From a virus (lineage: Duplodnaviria; Caudoviricetes), in the IMG/VR virus record IMGVR_UViG_3300023283_000006, positions 1 through 25,834 of that record: 25,834 bases of DNA. One strand, written 5' to 3'. This document shows, piece by piece, positions 16,784 through 24,855 of this stretch. Position numbers and translations under genes: made by a program. Under the pieces are notes generated by a model. That model did not search any database and was not told the origin of the DNA. It saw only the letters and a program-made list of their open reading frames with translations. The first letter of the stretch is position 1. Every line of letters begins with the position of its first letter.

Positions 16784-18382
16784 TTAACGTTCTCCTGGCG
16801 GTCGTGTATCTTGTGGCTCTCCCTCACAGCCATCTCTCTGCATAGCATTGATGATATCATCACGCGACACACCACGGACAAGCGAGGCAAAAGCATTCAC
16901 CGGCCGTGCGGTCGGACAGTTGATACCGCCATTGAGGATTTGGTTGATCGTCGAAGACGTGAGATTCGCTTCTTGGGCGATCTCTTCGACGATATCGGAT
17001 CGAGATCGGTCATCGGTGACCATGTCTTCGATCGCATTTTCGAGCAACGACGCGAGATTTTCTCCCTTAATCCGCTTTCCATCGACGACACAAAACCGCA
17101 TGTGTTCTTTGTGATCCGGCTGTTGCGAGACTGTGCCGACGTGACCGTCAAGAACAGCCTTGCTATAAAGATAGTCACCAAGCAGCCGTTCAGTACGACC
17201 ATGATCGTTGACCTGTTTCATCTCTGTCTCCAGCTCTTTTGCAACTTGATAAAGGTGTTCCACCACTGTTTCAAGCTCGTTAAGTTCGCCGATCCGATCG
17301 TCTGACAGCTTCTTTACCTGACGTGCGCGCTCAAGAGCCGTTTCTGCATCCCATGTCGCAAACGTGATCTGATCAGAGAGCTTCATGGCGCACTCGTCGT
17401 AGGATCGCAGATCCGGCACTTCCTCACCCGCATCGCGTAGGTGTTGAGCGAGGTGGCGATAAACGCCCTTGCGATCAGCTTCGGGGATGGTCGTCCCACC
17501 CCGCGCACCATTGAGCACAGCGATACCTGTACGTGCAGCCCTGATGCTCGCCGCGCCCGCGTTACCGTCGTCATCGACGAAATGGTGAAGGAAACGCCAC
17601 GCCGTCTTGTTGCCCGTCTGACCCTCGGGATCGCGCCAGGCATAGATACCCTGGTAGTAGCTCGCCGACTGCTCTTCAAGCACGCGGCGTTCATTTCGTG
17701 GTCCATCCCACGGCGCGCTCGACGTCTTGGTGGTGTGCGTGCCGACCGCGCGCTTGTCGCTCTTGATCGCCACTGTACCCGTGCCCATACCGGCACCAAG
17801 AACGACCGGCGAGACCTCGTGGACATTGAGCGCCCTCAACACCTGCACCGCTTGTCCCTCGCGCGTTTCGTGGTCGGCCTCCTTGATCGAGAATCCGTAG
17901 GACCACTCCTGCAAGGGCTGGCCGTGTTCGAGGTCGAAGCGCAGCGCCGAGTGCCAGTCGCGCCCGGCTTGTGTGTCGAGGTTGAGCTGGAAGTCGACCA
18001 GCGCCTGATCGCCTTCCTCACGCGTGATGCCCTTGCCGAGCGGCACGCTCGACCAGTCATGCGTCGGCAGGATTTTGACGTGCTGCTCGCCGAACGCGCC
18101 CGGCTCGGTGATATCGCCGTCGCTGTCGACAACGCCGAATGTCGCGAACACGGCCGTGCCGTGGCCGCGCTCGTCCATCTGCTTGATCCGGGCAGGCTTC
18201 AGCGCCTTCGTATCGTCCGCCATGGTATTGGCCTCGCTGTCTACGATCGTCGGGTCCTCCCAGATTCGCTCGCACAACGCTCTCGCCTGCGAGCCGTTCT
18301 CGGCGCTGCCTTCCTCGATCACATCGGGGATGCAACGGTTGATGAAGTCGTCGTGCTCTTCGTTGGCTCTGGGTCTTGGCAT
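16784..18382 (-). CDS. HK97-type prohead protease with N- and C-terminal extra domains
   Basis: Core aa ~60-207: VDSDGDI..PGAF, HDW (His108), EWSYGF (Ser161), HEVSPV. Total 532 aa. Confidence 0.9.
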   Translation of the reverse strand: MPRPRANEEHDDFINRCIPDVIEEGSAENGSQARALCERIWEDPTIVDSEANTMADDTKALKPARIKQMDERGHGTAVFATFGVVDSDGDITEPGAFGEQHVKILPTHDWSSVPLGKGITREEGDQALVDFQLNLDTQAGRDWHSALRFDLEHGQPLQEWSYGFSIKEADHETREGQAVQVLRALNVHEVSPVVLGAGMGTGTVAIKSDKRAVGTHTTKTSSAPWDGPRNERRVLEEQSASYYQGIYAWRDPEGQTGNKTAWRFLHHFVDDDGNAGAASIRAARTGIAVLNGARGGTTIPEADRKGVYRHLAQHLRDAGEEVPDLRSYDECAMKLSDQITFATWDAETALERARQVKKLSDDRIGELNELETVVEHLYQVAKELETEMKQVNDHGRTERLLGDYLYSKAVLDGHVGTVSQQPDHKEHMRFCVVDGKRIKGENLASLLENAIEDMVTDDRSRSDIVEEIAQEANLTSSTINQILNGGINCPTARPVNAFASLVRGVSRDDIINAMQRDGCEGEPQDTRPPGER

Positions 18383-18387
18383 ATATG

Positions 18388-20514
18388 CTATTCGATGATG
18401 GGCACCGCGTCACGCGTGCCGTTCGGGTGTTCGAGCGCCATCAGCTCTTCCGCTTCCTCGACCGATACCACGCGACCGTCGAGGTCCTGGCAGATGTCGT
18501 GGCTTGGGTCCACTGAGCTAAAGCCGGTGCGGTCGTCGAAGATCCGCATGCGCACGGACCCCTGGGAGCGCGCCATCTCGATCGACGAGGCGCGCTGGGC
18601 GTGCTTGGTCTCCGTCCGCGCGATCGTGCGTGCGCGCAGTTCTGCACTCGACCAGCGCCCCGCCGGGATGTCGTCGCGGATACGGCGAACTATGGCATCA
18701 ACGCCCTCACCCTCGGCGCGTGCGGTCTCCAGCGCACGGAACAGGCGATCGCGCGTCTGTGCATTCAGGTCGACCAGTCCGGCACGCCGCCCGCCGGTCG
18801 CAAGGATCGCTCGCTGTACCGGGTCGGGCAGGTCGGTCGCAAGGCCGAGCATGTCCATGTGCGCGGCCGTCGCGTTGGCAACCTCGAGATAGACCGCCTC
18901 GTAGATCTGGCGGTGAGTCTCGATAATGCCCTCCATGGCCATCGCCTGCATGATGCGCTCGACGATCGACTCGTCCTCGGCGGTCTGCTTGAAGCGTTCT
19001 TCAAGCACCGGCCCTGACGCCTCTACGGCACGCGCGCCCAGCGTGTTGGTCAGAAAGTCCATCAAACGCTCGCGCATCATGTCTTCGAGCCCCGGCAGGT
19101 CGGACTCCTGCGCGACCATGAACCGGCGCTGGCCCTCGGTCGCCTCGCGCCTTTCGCGCTCGGTCATGCGGTGCTCGAACGGCGTGTGATCACAGTCCTT
19201 GCGCCGGGCCTTGCTCTTGTCCTCATCATCACCGCCGTCATCGTCGCTACCACCACCGGCGGGCGCAGGACGTGAAGTCGGCCCCGATCGACCGATTGGC
19301 ACTGACAGGATGTTGAGACCGCGCAAATAGACATCGTCGCCATTCTCCGGCTCGATGCCCATCTCGCGCTTGGCCGCTGCAACAGTCATCCATCCCCCCT
19401 GCACGGCAGTATTTAGGCGTGTGACGAGCGCATTGCGGTCATCGGCGAGTGCTGCAACATCGGAGCGATCAAAGCGCACGCGCAGATTGTTCGACCGCCT
19501 GAACAGCGGCAACAGTGCATTGTTGATCTCGCCCTGGATGTTCTCCTGGATCGGGATGATGCCGTTGAGCCACGCCAGCTCGCGCATCTCGCCCATCGTC
19601 GCGCCGACCTTGGTCTGCTGTAGACCGGCGGAGAAACCGACGACAGCAGCGGGGATGCCGAGCAGAGCACAGACGCGTTCCTCGAAGCGATCCGTCGCGG
19701 CGGTCAGGTCCATCTCGCGTGGGGACCAAGACACGCGATCGACCTTGGTCTTGGCTGACGCCACCAGCGGCTTACCCCGATTGCTGCCACCGAACTCACG
19801 CTCGATGTAGTTCTTGAACTCCTGCATATCGTCCTCGCCGACTTCGACATCACCATCGGGCGAGATCACGAGCCCGGGCATGCCCTGGTTGCGCAGCATG
19901 GAGGCAATGAACTCCTCGGCCTCCATGTCCGCCCATATCGCACGGATGGCCGAATGCACGGGCGAGACACCCTTGCGCGGGTTGTGCGGATTAACGCCGT
20001 GGCGGATGTGGACGACATCGTCGACCTCAAGGCGCTTCTTCTCGCCGCCGACGCGGTACTCGTAGTGGCTAATGAACTCCGAGCCACCGTCCGGCCACTT
20101 CGGCGTCACCAGCCAGTGCGGCAGCCACCACAGGCGCGCGGGCTGGCCGGCACCATTGCGCACGATCGCCCAGTAGGCGTTACCGTCCGTGAGGTAGGAG
20201 AACACCGTGGCGTGCAGGAGATGGGCGCCGGAATAGTGCGGGTTCGGCCGTTCCAGAAGCTTTGCCGCTGCATGCTCGGGTACGATCTCGGCCTCGTCCC
20301 CACGCAGGCGATCGACGATCAGTGGCGCCTCGATGATAGCACGCTGCACCCACTGGATCGGCGCCATGAGCACCGACGACGACACGCCCGTGCCAACGCG
20401 CGAATGGTAGTCGAACTCGCCGCTATCGTGATCGCCGCCAGCGTGGAACAGCCGATACAGGTGGTGAACAGCGGAACTGGGATGAACCATCTCGCGCAGG
20501 CGCTTGAATCTCAC
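18388..20514 (-). CDS. HK97-family portal protein fused to a MuF / SPP1 gp7-like head morphogenesis domain
   Basis: Portal motifs LLERPNPHYS, GNAYW, VVHIRHG..P...KGVSP and LGIPAAVVG; C-terminal RARTIARTET...HDICQDLDG...EHPNG. GTG at 20514 overlaps the terL stop with GGAG upstream. Confidence 0.9.
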   Translation of the reverse strand: MRFKRLREMVHPSSAVHHLYRLFHAGGDHDSGEFDYHSRVGTGVSSSVLMAPIQWVQRAIIEAPLIVDRLRGDEAEIVPEHAAAKLLERPNPHYSGAHLLHATVFSYLTDGNAYWAIVRNGAGQPARLWWLPHWLVTPKWPDGGSEFISHYEYRVGGEKKRLEVDDVVHIRHGVNPHNPRKGVSPVHSAIRAIWADMEAEEFIASMLRNQGMPGLVISPDGDVEVGEDDMQEFKNYIEREFGGSNRGKPLVASAKTKVDRVSWSPREMDLTAATDRFEERVCALLGIPAAVVGFSAGLQQTKVGATMGEMRELAWLNGIIPIQENIQGEINNALLPLFRRSNNLRVRFDRSDVAALADDRNALVTRLNTAVQGGWMTVAAAKREMGIEPENGDDVYLRGLNILSVPIGRSGPTSRPAPAGGGSDDDGGDDEDKSKARRKDCDHTPFEHRMTERERREATEGQRRFMVAQESDLPGLEDMMRERLMDFLTNTLGARAVEASGPVLEERFKQTAEDESIVERIMQAMAMEGIIETHRQIYEAVYLEVANATAAHMDMLGLATDLPDPVQRAILATGGRRAGLVDLNAQTRDRLFRALETARAEGEGVDAIVRRIRDDIPAGRWSSAELRARTIARTETKHAQRASSIEMARSQGSVRMRIFDDRTGFSSVDPSHDICQDLDGRVVSVEEAEELMALEHPNGTRDAVPIIE

Positions 20515-21794
20515 AGGGGTCTCCAGCGTTGCTTTTGCTGCACCATCAGGTCCGTCATCGCCCACACAAACGCATCAAGGCGGTCAGGGCTGTCGCCGCT
20601 GCCGTCGTACGTGCACAGCTCGTCCTCGAGTTCGGGGTGGCTGCCATAGTGATGAACGCGCCCTTGCTCGGACAGTGCCGACACCGGCTCGGCTCGCGCG
20701 ATCTTGCCACGGCTGGCATGCACCATGCGAATCGGCAGATCCTTCGCCTCGCTCCTGAGGGTGTGAGAGACCATCTCGCCGCCCTGGTTTTTCTCAGCGA
20801 TCACCCGATCCGCCTCCCAGTCGTCGAATGCGCGATGGACTGCACGCGCCCACTGTGCGGGTGTACCCCGCATACTGTAGTCCGCCAATACCACACCATT
20901 ATCCGACGTGTCCACCCCGCAGACGACGATGCCGGTATGGTCAGCAGTCTCGGACGAGCTGCCCGCCGGGTCAACGCCGACCACAATGCGCCGCAGATCG
21001 GGTAGGTCAGTAATGCGTGCAGCCTCGATCTGCGCACGCGACCAGAGTGCGCCCTCGACATCTTCGAGCAGCTCGGCATCGAGTTCCTGGCGCCCAACCC
21101 GCGTGCCTTCATAGCGCGACATGATCTCGCGGCGGAACGTCGAGGACAGGTTGTCCAGGTTGTCCGCAGTACGCCCACGCGTGAGCACGACGTCCTTGCC
21201 CTCGCGAGCAACGAGATCGCGGATCAGCTTGATCGGCTTCGGCGTCGTCGTCACCAGCGCCCGAGCACGGCCTAGGCGCAGGCCGAACATGAGGTTATCC
21301 CAGGCATCCTGAGCGTGACGCCACACAGCCAGCTCATCGCACCAGGCAAATGCGTGCTGGGGTCCACGCAGGCGATCGGGCTCGTCAGCAGAGAACAGAG
21401 TAGCGCTCGCACCGTTCGGCCACACGACACGGCGCTTGGACGGCTCGTAGTGCGGGCGCTCACGCTGCGGGTAGATCGACAGCAAGCCCGACTCGCCCTC
21501 GACCATGGTGTCGCGTGCGTCCGCTGCGGTCGGTGCTACCAGTGCCACCCTGCGCGCGCCGGCATCGACGCGCTCGCGTATCCATTCGGCGCCAACGCGT
21601 GTCTTGCCCCAGCCCCGGCCGGCCATCGCTAGCCAGATCGACCACCACTGTCCATCGGGCTCGACCTGTTCGGGACGTGCCCACTCGCGCCATGCGCAAA
21701 GCAGGGCCTCGGCCTGCGATTCGGTGAGTCCATCGATCGCGCGCTGAATCTCTGCGGGATTGGCACCAGCCAGATCACGCAGGGCGGTCGTCAC
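20511..21794 (-). CDS. terL: Terminase large subunit
   Basis: Walker A GRGWGKT, LRGPQ...WCDE Walker B, TTTP coupling motif, nuclease VGVDPA and SPDRLDA. Confidence 0.96.
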   Translation of the reverse strand: MTTALRDLAGANPAEIQRAIDGLTESQAEALLCAWREWARPEQVEPDGQWWSIWLAMAGRGWGKTRVGAEWIRERVDAGARRVALVAPTAADARDTMVEGESGLLSIYPQRERPHYEPSKRRVVWPNGASATLFSADEPDRLRGPQHAFAWCDELAVWRHAQDAWDNLMFGLRLGRARALVTTTPKPIKLIRDLVAREGKDVVLTRGRTADNLDNLSSTFRREIMSRYEGTRVGRQELDAELLEDVEGALWSRAQIEAARITDLPDLRRIVVGVDPAGSSSETADHTGIVVCGVDTSDNGVVLADYSMRGTPAQWARAVHRAFDDWEADRVIAEKNQGGEMVSHTLRSEAKDLPIRMVHASRGKIARAEPVSALSEQGRVHHYGSHPELEDELCTYDGSGDSPDRLDAFVWAMTDLMVQQKQRWRPL

Positions 21795-22204
21795 GCTTCG
21801 TCCTCATCAGGGTCGTTCGGCCCCCCCGTAAGTCGCTTGAGCAGTTCGCTCTTGGCACCAGCTATCTCGATCGGTCCGCCTTCTGGTCCGCTGATTTCGT
21901 GCGCCTGCGTCTCGCGCCACCCCGCCTTGGTCTTGAGCCAGAATATCTGCGCTGCGGTGGTGTTGTGCTCGACGGCGTTCTTGTACAGCGATTGCGCCAC
22001 CTTGGCGTTTGCCTCTGCCGCCGCTGTGTCGATCTCTTGCCGAAAGTGTTTGGACAGGGTTTTGCGGTCCACGCCGATCACCTTGGCGATGTCCTCCAGC
22101 GGAACGCCATAGGCGACCATCGCGCGCACGGTGCGGCGCTGCTCGTCCGTCGGCTCAAATTGGGGGCGTCCGCCTTTGTTAGGCGCTCTCGTTTGCGATG
22201 TCAT
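21791..22204 (-). CDS. terS: Terminase small subunit
   Basis: GGRP, HTH (PLEDIAKVIGVDRKTLSKHF), AQIFWLKTKAGWRE and EISGPEGGPI; directly upstream of terL. Confidence 0.85.
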   Translation of the reverse strand: MTSQTRAPNKGGRPQFEPTDEQRRTVRAMVAYGVPLEDIAKVIGVDRKTLSKHFRQEIDTAAAEANAKVAQSLYKNAVEHNTTAAQIFWLKTKAGWRETQAHEISGPEGGPIEIAGAKSELLKRLTGGPNDPDEDEA

Positions 22205-23426
22205 CGAATTTCCGTCCGTCGCCTTCTAGGCTCGCCTGCTTGCCGGTGAAGCCCTGCCACCGCTTCACTATCACGTCGCAGTATGCCGGATCAAGCTCCA
22301 TACCATATACAGGTCGCCCCTCCTTCTCACCCGCGATCAACGTGGTCCCGCTGCCGAGGAACGGGTCATAAACCGGCTGACCGGGTGCGGAGTTGTTGAC
22401 GATCGGGCGTCGCATGCACTCGACAGGCTTCTGGGTGCTGTGGCCTGTCTCGGACTTCACCGGCTTGTCGATCTGCCAAAGCGTGCTTTCCTTACGGCTA
22501 CCCTGCCAATGGCCATTGTTCTTTACCGCATACCAACAGGGTTCGTGCATCCAATGGTAATGCCCCCGCCCTGGAACTAGCTTATGTTTTGCCCAAATGA
22601 TCTGCGCCCGAAGATCGAATCCGCATGCCTCAAGATTCGAAGCGACCAGCGGTGCGTTCATTGCACCATGCCAAACGTAAGCAACGTCGCCGGGAAATAA
22701 CGACCAAGCATCCGTCCAGTCTGCTCGGTCATCATAAGTAACCTTGCCTGTTGCGCGGCTACCGCTACCAACGCCGCCCTTCCCTGATTTATCACCGTTG
22801 CGCCAGTCCGCATCATAGTTCACCCCATACGGCGGATCCGTCACCATCAGGTGCGGCTGCACCCCGTTCAGCAGCGCCGCCACGTCGTCCGCGCTTGTGC
22901 TATCCCCGCAGTGGACACGGTGGTTGCCGAGCAGCCAGGTATCGCCCACCTCCGTTGTGGCCTTCTCCTGCGCTTCCGGCGCGTCGTCCTCGTCCGTAAG
23001 CCCTTCGCTGGCATCATTGAGCGCCAGCAGGCGCTCGATCTCGTCGTCCTCGAAGCCCATGACGCCGAGGTCGAAACCCTCGTCATTCAACGCCCCGAGT
23101 TCTAGGCCAAGCAGGTTGCTGTCCCACCCCGCGTTCTCAGCCAGCTTGTTATCAGCGATGATATAGGCGCGCTTCTGCTGGTCCGTTAGGTGCGACAATT
23201 CGATGCAAGGCACTGTGTCCGCGCCCAGCTTGCGCGCCGCCAGCACCCGCCCGTGTCCCGCGATAATCCCGTTCGCCCCGTCCACAAGCACCGGATTGGT
23301 CCAGCCAAACTCGCGGATGCTCGCAGCAATCTGCGCCAACTGTTCGTCCGAATGCGTGCGGGCGTTGTTCGCGTATGGAATCAGATCCGCAATCGCCCGC
23401 TGCTCGATGGTTTCGGGCTCGGTCAT
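22179..23426 (-). CDS. ParB-like N-terminal domain + beta-class N6A/N4C DNA methyltransferase
   Basis: LIPYANNARTH, IIAGHGR and ADNKLAE (ParB-N); DPPY precedes HSTQKP and DPFLGSGTT. Start taken at MTEPE (23426). Confidence 0.93.
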   Translation of the reverse strand: MTEPETIEQRAIADLIPYANNARTHSDEQLAQIAASIREFGWTNPVLVDGANGIIAGHGRVLAARKLGADTVPCIELSHLTDQQKRAYIIADNKLAENAGWDSNLLGLELGALNDEGFDLGVMGFEDDEIERLLALNDASEGLTDEDDAPEAQEKATTEVGDTWLLGNHRVHCGDSTSADDVAALLNGVQPHLMVTDPPYGVNYDADWRNGDKSGKGGVGSGSRATGKVTYDDRADWTDAWSLFPGDVAYVWHGAMNAPLVASNLEACGFDLRAQIIWAKHKLVPGRGHYHWMHEPCWYAVKNNGHWQGSRKESTLWQIDKPVKSETGHSTQKPVECMRRPIVNNSAPGQPVYDPFLGSGTTLIAGEKEGRPVYGMELDPAYCDVIVKRWQGFTGKQASLEGDGRKFDDIANESA

Positions 23427-23470
23427 GTCTTTATAACGGGGAAAAAGGGACTCATCCCGCGATAGTAACC

Positions 23471-23499
23471 AAAAAAAAGCCCGACACCAATGGCCGGGC
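23471..23499 (-). terminator. Rho-independent terminator
   Basis: GCCCGGC-cattggt-GTCGGGC followed by T8. Confidence 0.75.
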
Positions 23500-23594
23500 G
23501 AAACCACCTGAAGGCGCCGCGCGTCAGCGGGGAGGGACCGACGCGCGGCTGGTGGGACCTGGCCGCCCACCTCGGCGTGCGATTCCAGTCTGCC

Positions 23595-23759
23595 CTAGGG
23601 CGATGGCTGACGCAAGGACAGCCGCCACACGGTACGCGCGTGGCGCCGTGCGGACTCGCGATAGGCCTCGGGCACGTCGGCGAGCCTGCGCTGTACCTCG
23701 TCGGCATCCAGGGCGGCGGCCGGCTCGGTGAGCCAGGCGTTGTACTCGGCCTGGGTCAT
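23595..23759 (-). CDS. Hypothetical 54-aa protein
   Basis: ATG at 23759 overlaps the stop of the PAPS-reductase-like gene (ATGA); MTQAEYNAWLTEP... Confidence 0.5.
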   Translation of the reverse strand: MTQAEYNAWLTEPAAALDADEVQRRLADVPEAYRESARRHARTVWRLSLRQPSP

Positions 23760-24610
23760 AACGTGCAAGTCCGACAGGTGGACTGGCGAAACAGATCCAT
23801 CTGATCGGCGCCCTTGGGCACGTAGCCCAACTCGAACATGCGGCGCATGTCGCGCAGATAGGCCGGCCACGAGTCGCGGTGACAGGCCACATAGGTAAAG
23901 CCTGCCTTTTGCTTGAGCACGTGCACCTTGTTGCCGTCATCATCAAATCCAAACACCGGCATCCGGTAGGTATGACCGATCCGTGCTTCCTCGGCCTCCG
24001 CAGCGGCGAAATGGTCGGGATGATACTTCCACAGACGCCACCATTCACTGATAGTCTGATAAAAGCAGCGCCCACAGTCTGTGCGCTCCGGGATCTCGAC
24101 GCCGCGCTCATAGAGATAATTCATCACGTCGCCAATGGTCCAGCCCCAATCCTGCATCGGGTAGCGTTGCGTAACCCCGCCGGGCGCTGCGAGCGCGACA
24201 TCCGATCCGTGCTTGGCGAAATCCATGCCCTCTCGCCCTTTTTCGTCGACACGTAGTCCCACATATGACACTGCTGGCATGCAGTTGGCCAGATGGCGCT
24301 TATAGGGCTCAAGCTTGAGCTTGCGGGTACAGTGGCGGCGCTGGAAGTTCGGCAAGCAGGCCTCCTGGGCATTCGACGCCTCAAGGGTCTGGGTAACCAG
24401 CGGCACGATCGGCTGTTCCAGCAGCTCGGCCAGTCGCCGCCAATGGTCAAACATCTCCGGCAGCTCGTCGCCCGTCGGGGTGCAAACAAACTGGTAAAAC
24501 ATATCGGGATAGAGCTCGCGTAGGCGTAGTGCCATCGCTGTCGAGTCCTTGCCACCGGACAGCGACACGATGTGGGCATAGCCATCTGCGTCTCGGGTTG
24601 GTTCAAGCAT
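23756..24610 (-). CDS. PAPS-reductase-family PP-loop protein (DndC/SspD-like)
   Basis: VSLSGGKDSTAM PP-loop, TGDE, RHCTRKLKLEP, GLRVDE..R, YPMQDWGW, RTDCGRC and terminal CRTC. Confidence 0.88.
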   Translation of the reverse strand: MLEPTRDADGYAHIVSLSGGKDSTAMALRLRELYPDMFYQFVCTPTGDELPEMFDHWRRLAELLEQPIVPLVTQTLEASNAQEACLPNFQRRHCTRKLKLEPYKRHLANCMPAVSYVGLRVDEKGREGMDFAKHGSDVALAAPGGVTQRYPMQDWGWTIGDVMNYLYERGVEIPERTDCGRCFYQTISEWWRLWKYHPDHFAAAEAEEARIGHTYRMPVFGFDDDGNKVHVLKQKAGFTYVACHRDSWPAYLRDMRRMFELGYVPKGADQMDLFRQSTCRTCTL

Positions 24611-24666
24611 TGTGTTCTCTCACTAAACGTTCCAGTGGCCTTGGGTCATGGTTGTTTTGCCCTGGG

Positions 24667-24855
24667 TCATGGCGCCCTGACAATCTCGATGACGCTATCG
24701 GCCCTGGCCCCGTCGACGGGCTCGACCGCGAGCGTATTGCCGAGGACGACGAGCGCATGGTCGAGTCCGGTATCGTCTGCCGCACGTTCGGCCCGTTGCA
24801 GCATCCAGAGGATGTGTTCGCGGGTGAGGTCGGTCATGGAGTGTCCGTCAGTCAC
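24667..24855 (-). CDS. Hypothetical 56-62 aa protein
   Basis: Overlaps the HTH gene stop; alternative ATG (MTDLTRE) has a GGA upstream. Confidence 0.5.
   Translation of the reverse strand: MTDGHSMTDLTREHILWMLQRAERAADDTGLDHALVVLGNTLAVEPVDGARADSVIEIVRAP

Noticed and set aside
17441-18892. 483-aa plus-strand ORF, and other long plus-strand ORFs (1516..2328, 2919..3710, 11730..12485, 19954..20649)
   Set aside because: Antisense shadows of well-supported minus-strand genes in GC-rich DNA; Arg/Ala-rich with no motifs.
3656-21794. Gene transfer agent cluster
   Set aside because: The tail tip is GTA-like, but the terS, methyltransferase, long TMP, MuF fusion, linked lysis genes and accessory ORFs indicate a genuine phage.
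22179-23426. ParB-methyltransferase as a novel system or restriction-modification module
   Set aside because: This fusion upstream of terminase is common in phages, and no cognate endonuclease is visible.
23427-23570. 48-aa N-terminal extension of the methyltransferase in the ORF track
   Set aside because: It runs through hairpins and a terminator; the ParB-N domain begins right after Met at 23426.
23500-23594. tRNA or CRISPR array in intergenic DNA
   Set aside because: No cloverleaf or T-loop consensus, and no regularly spaced repeats noticed anywhere in the window.
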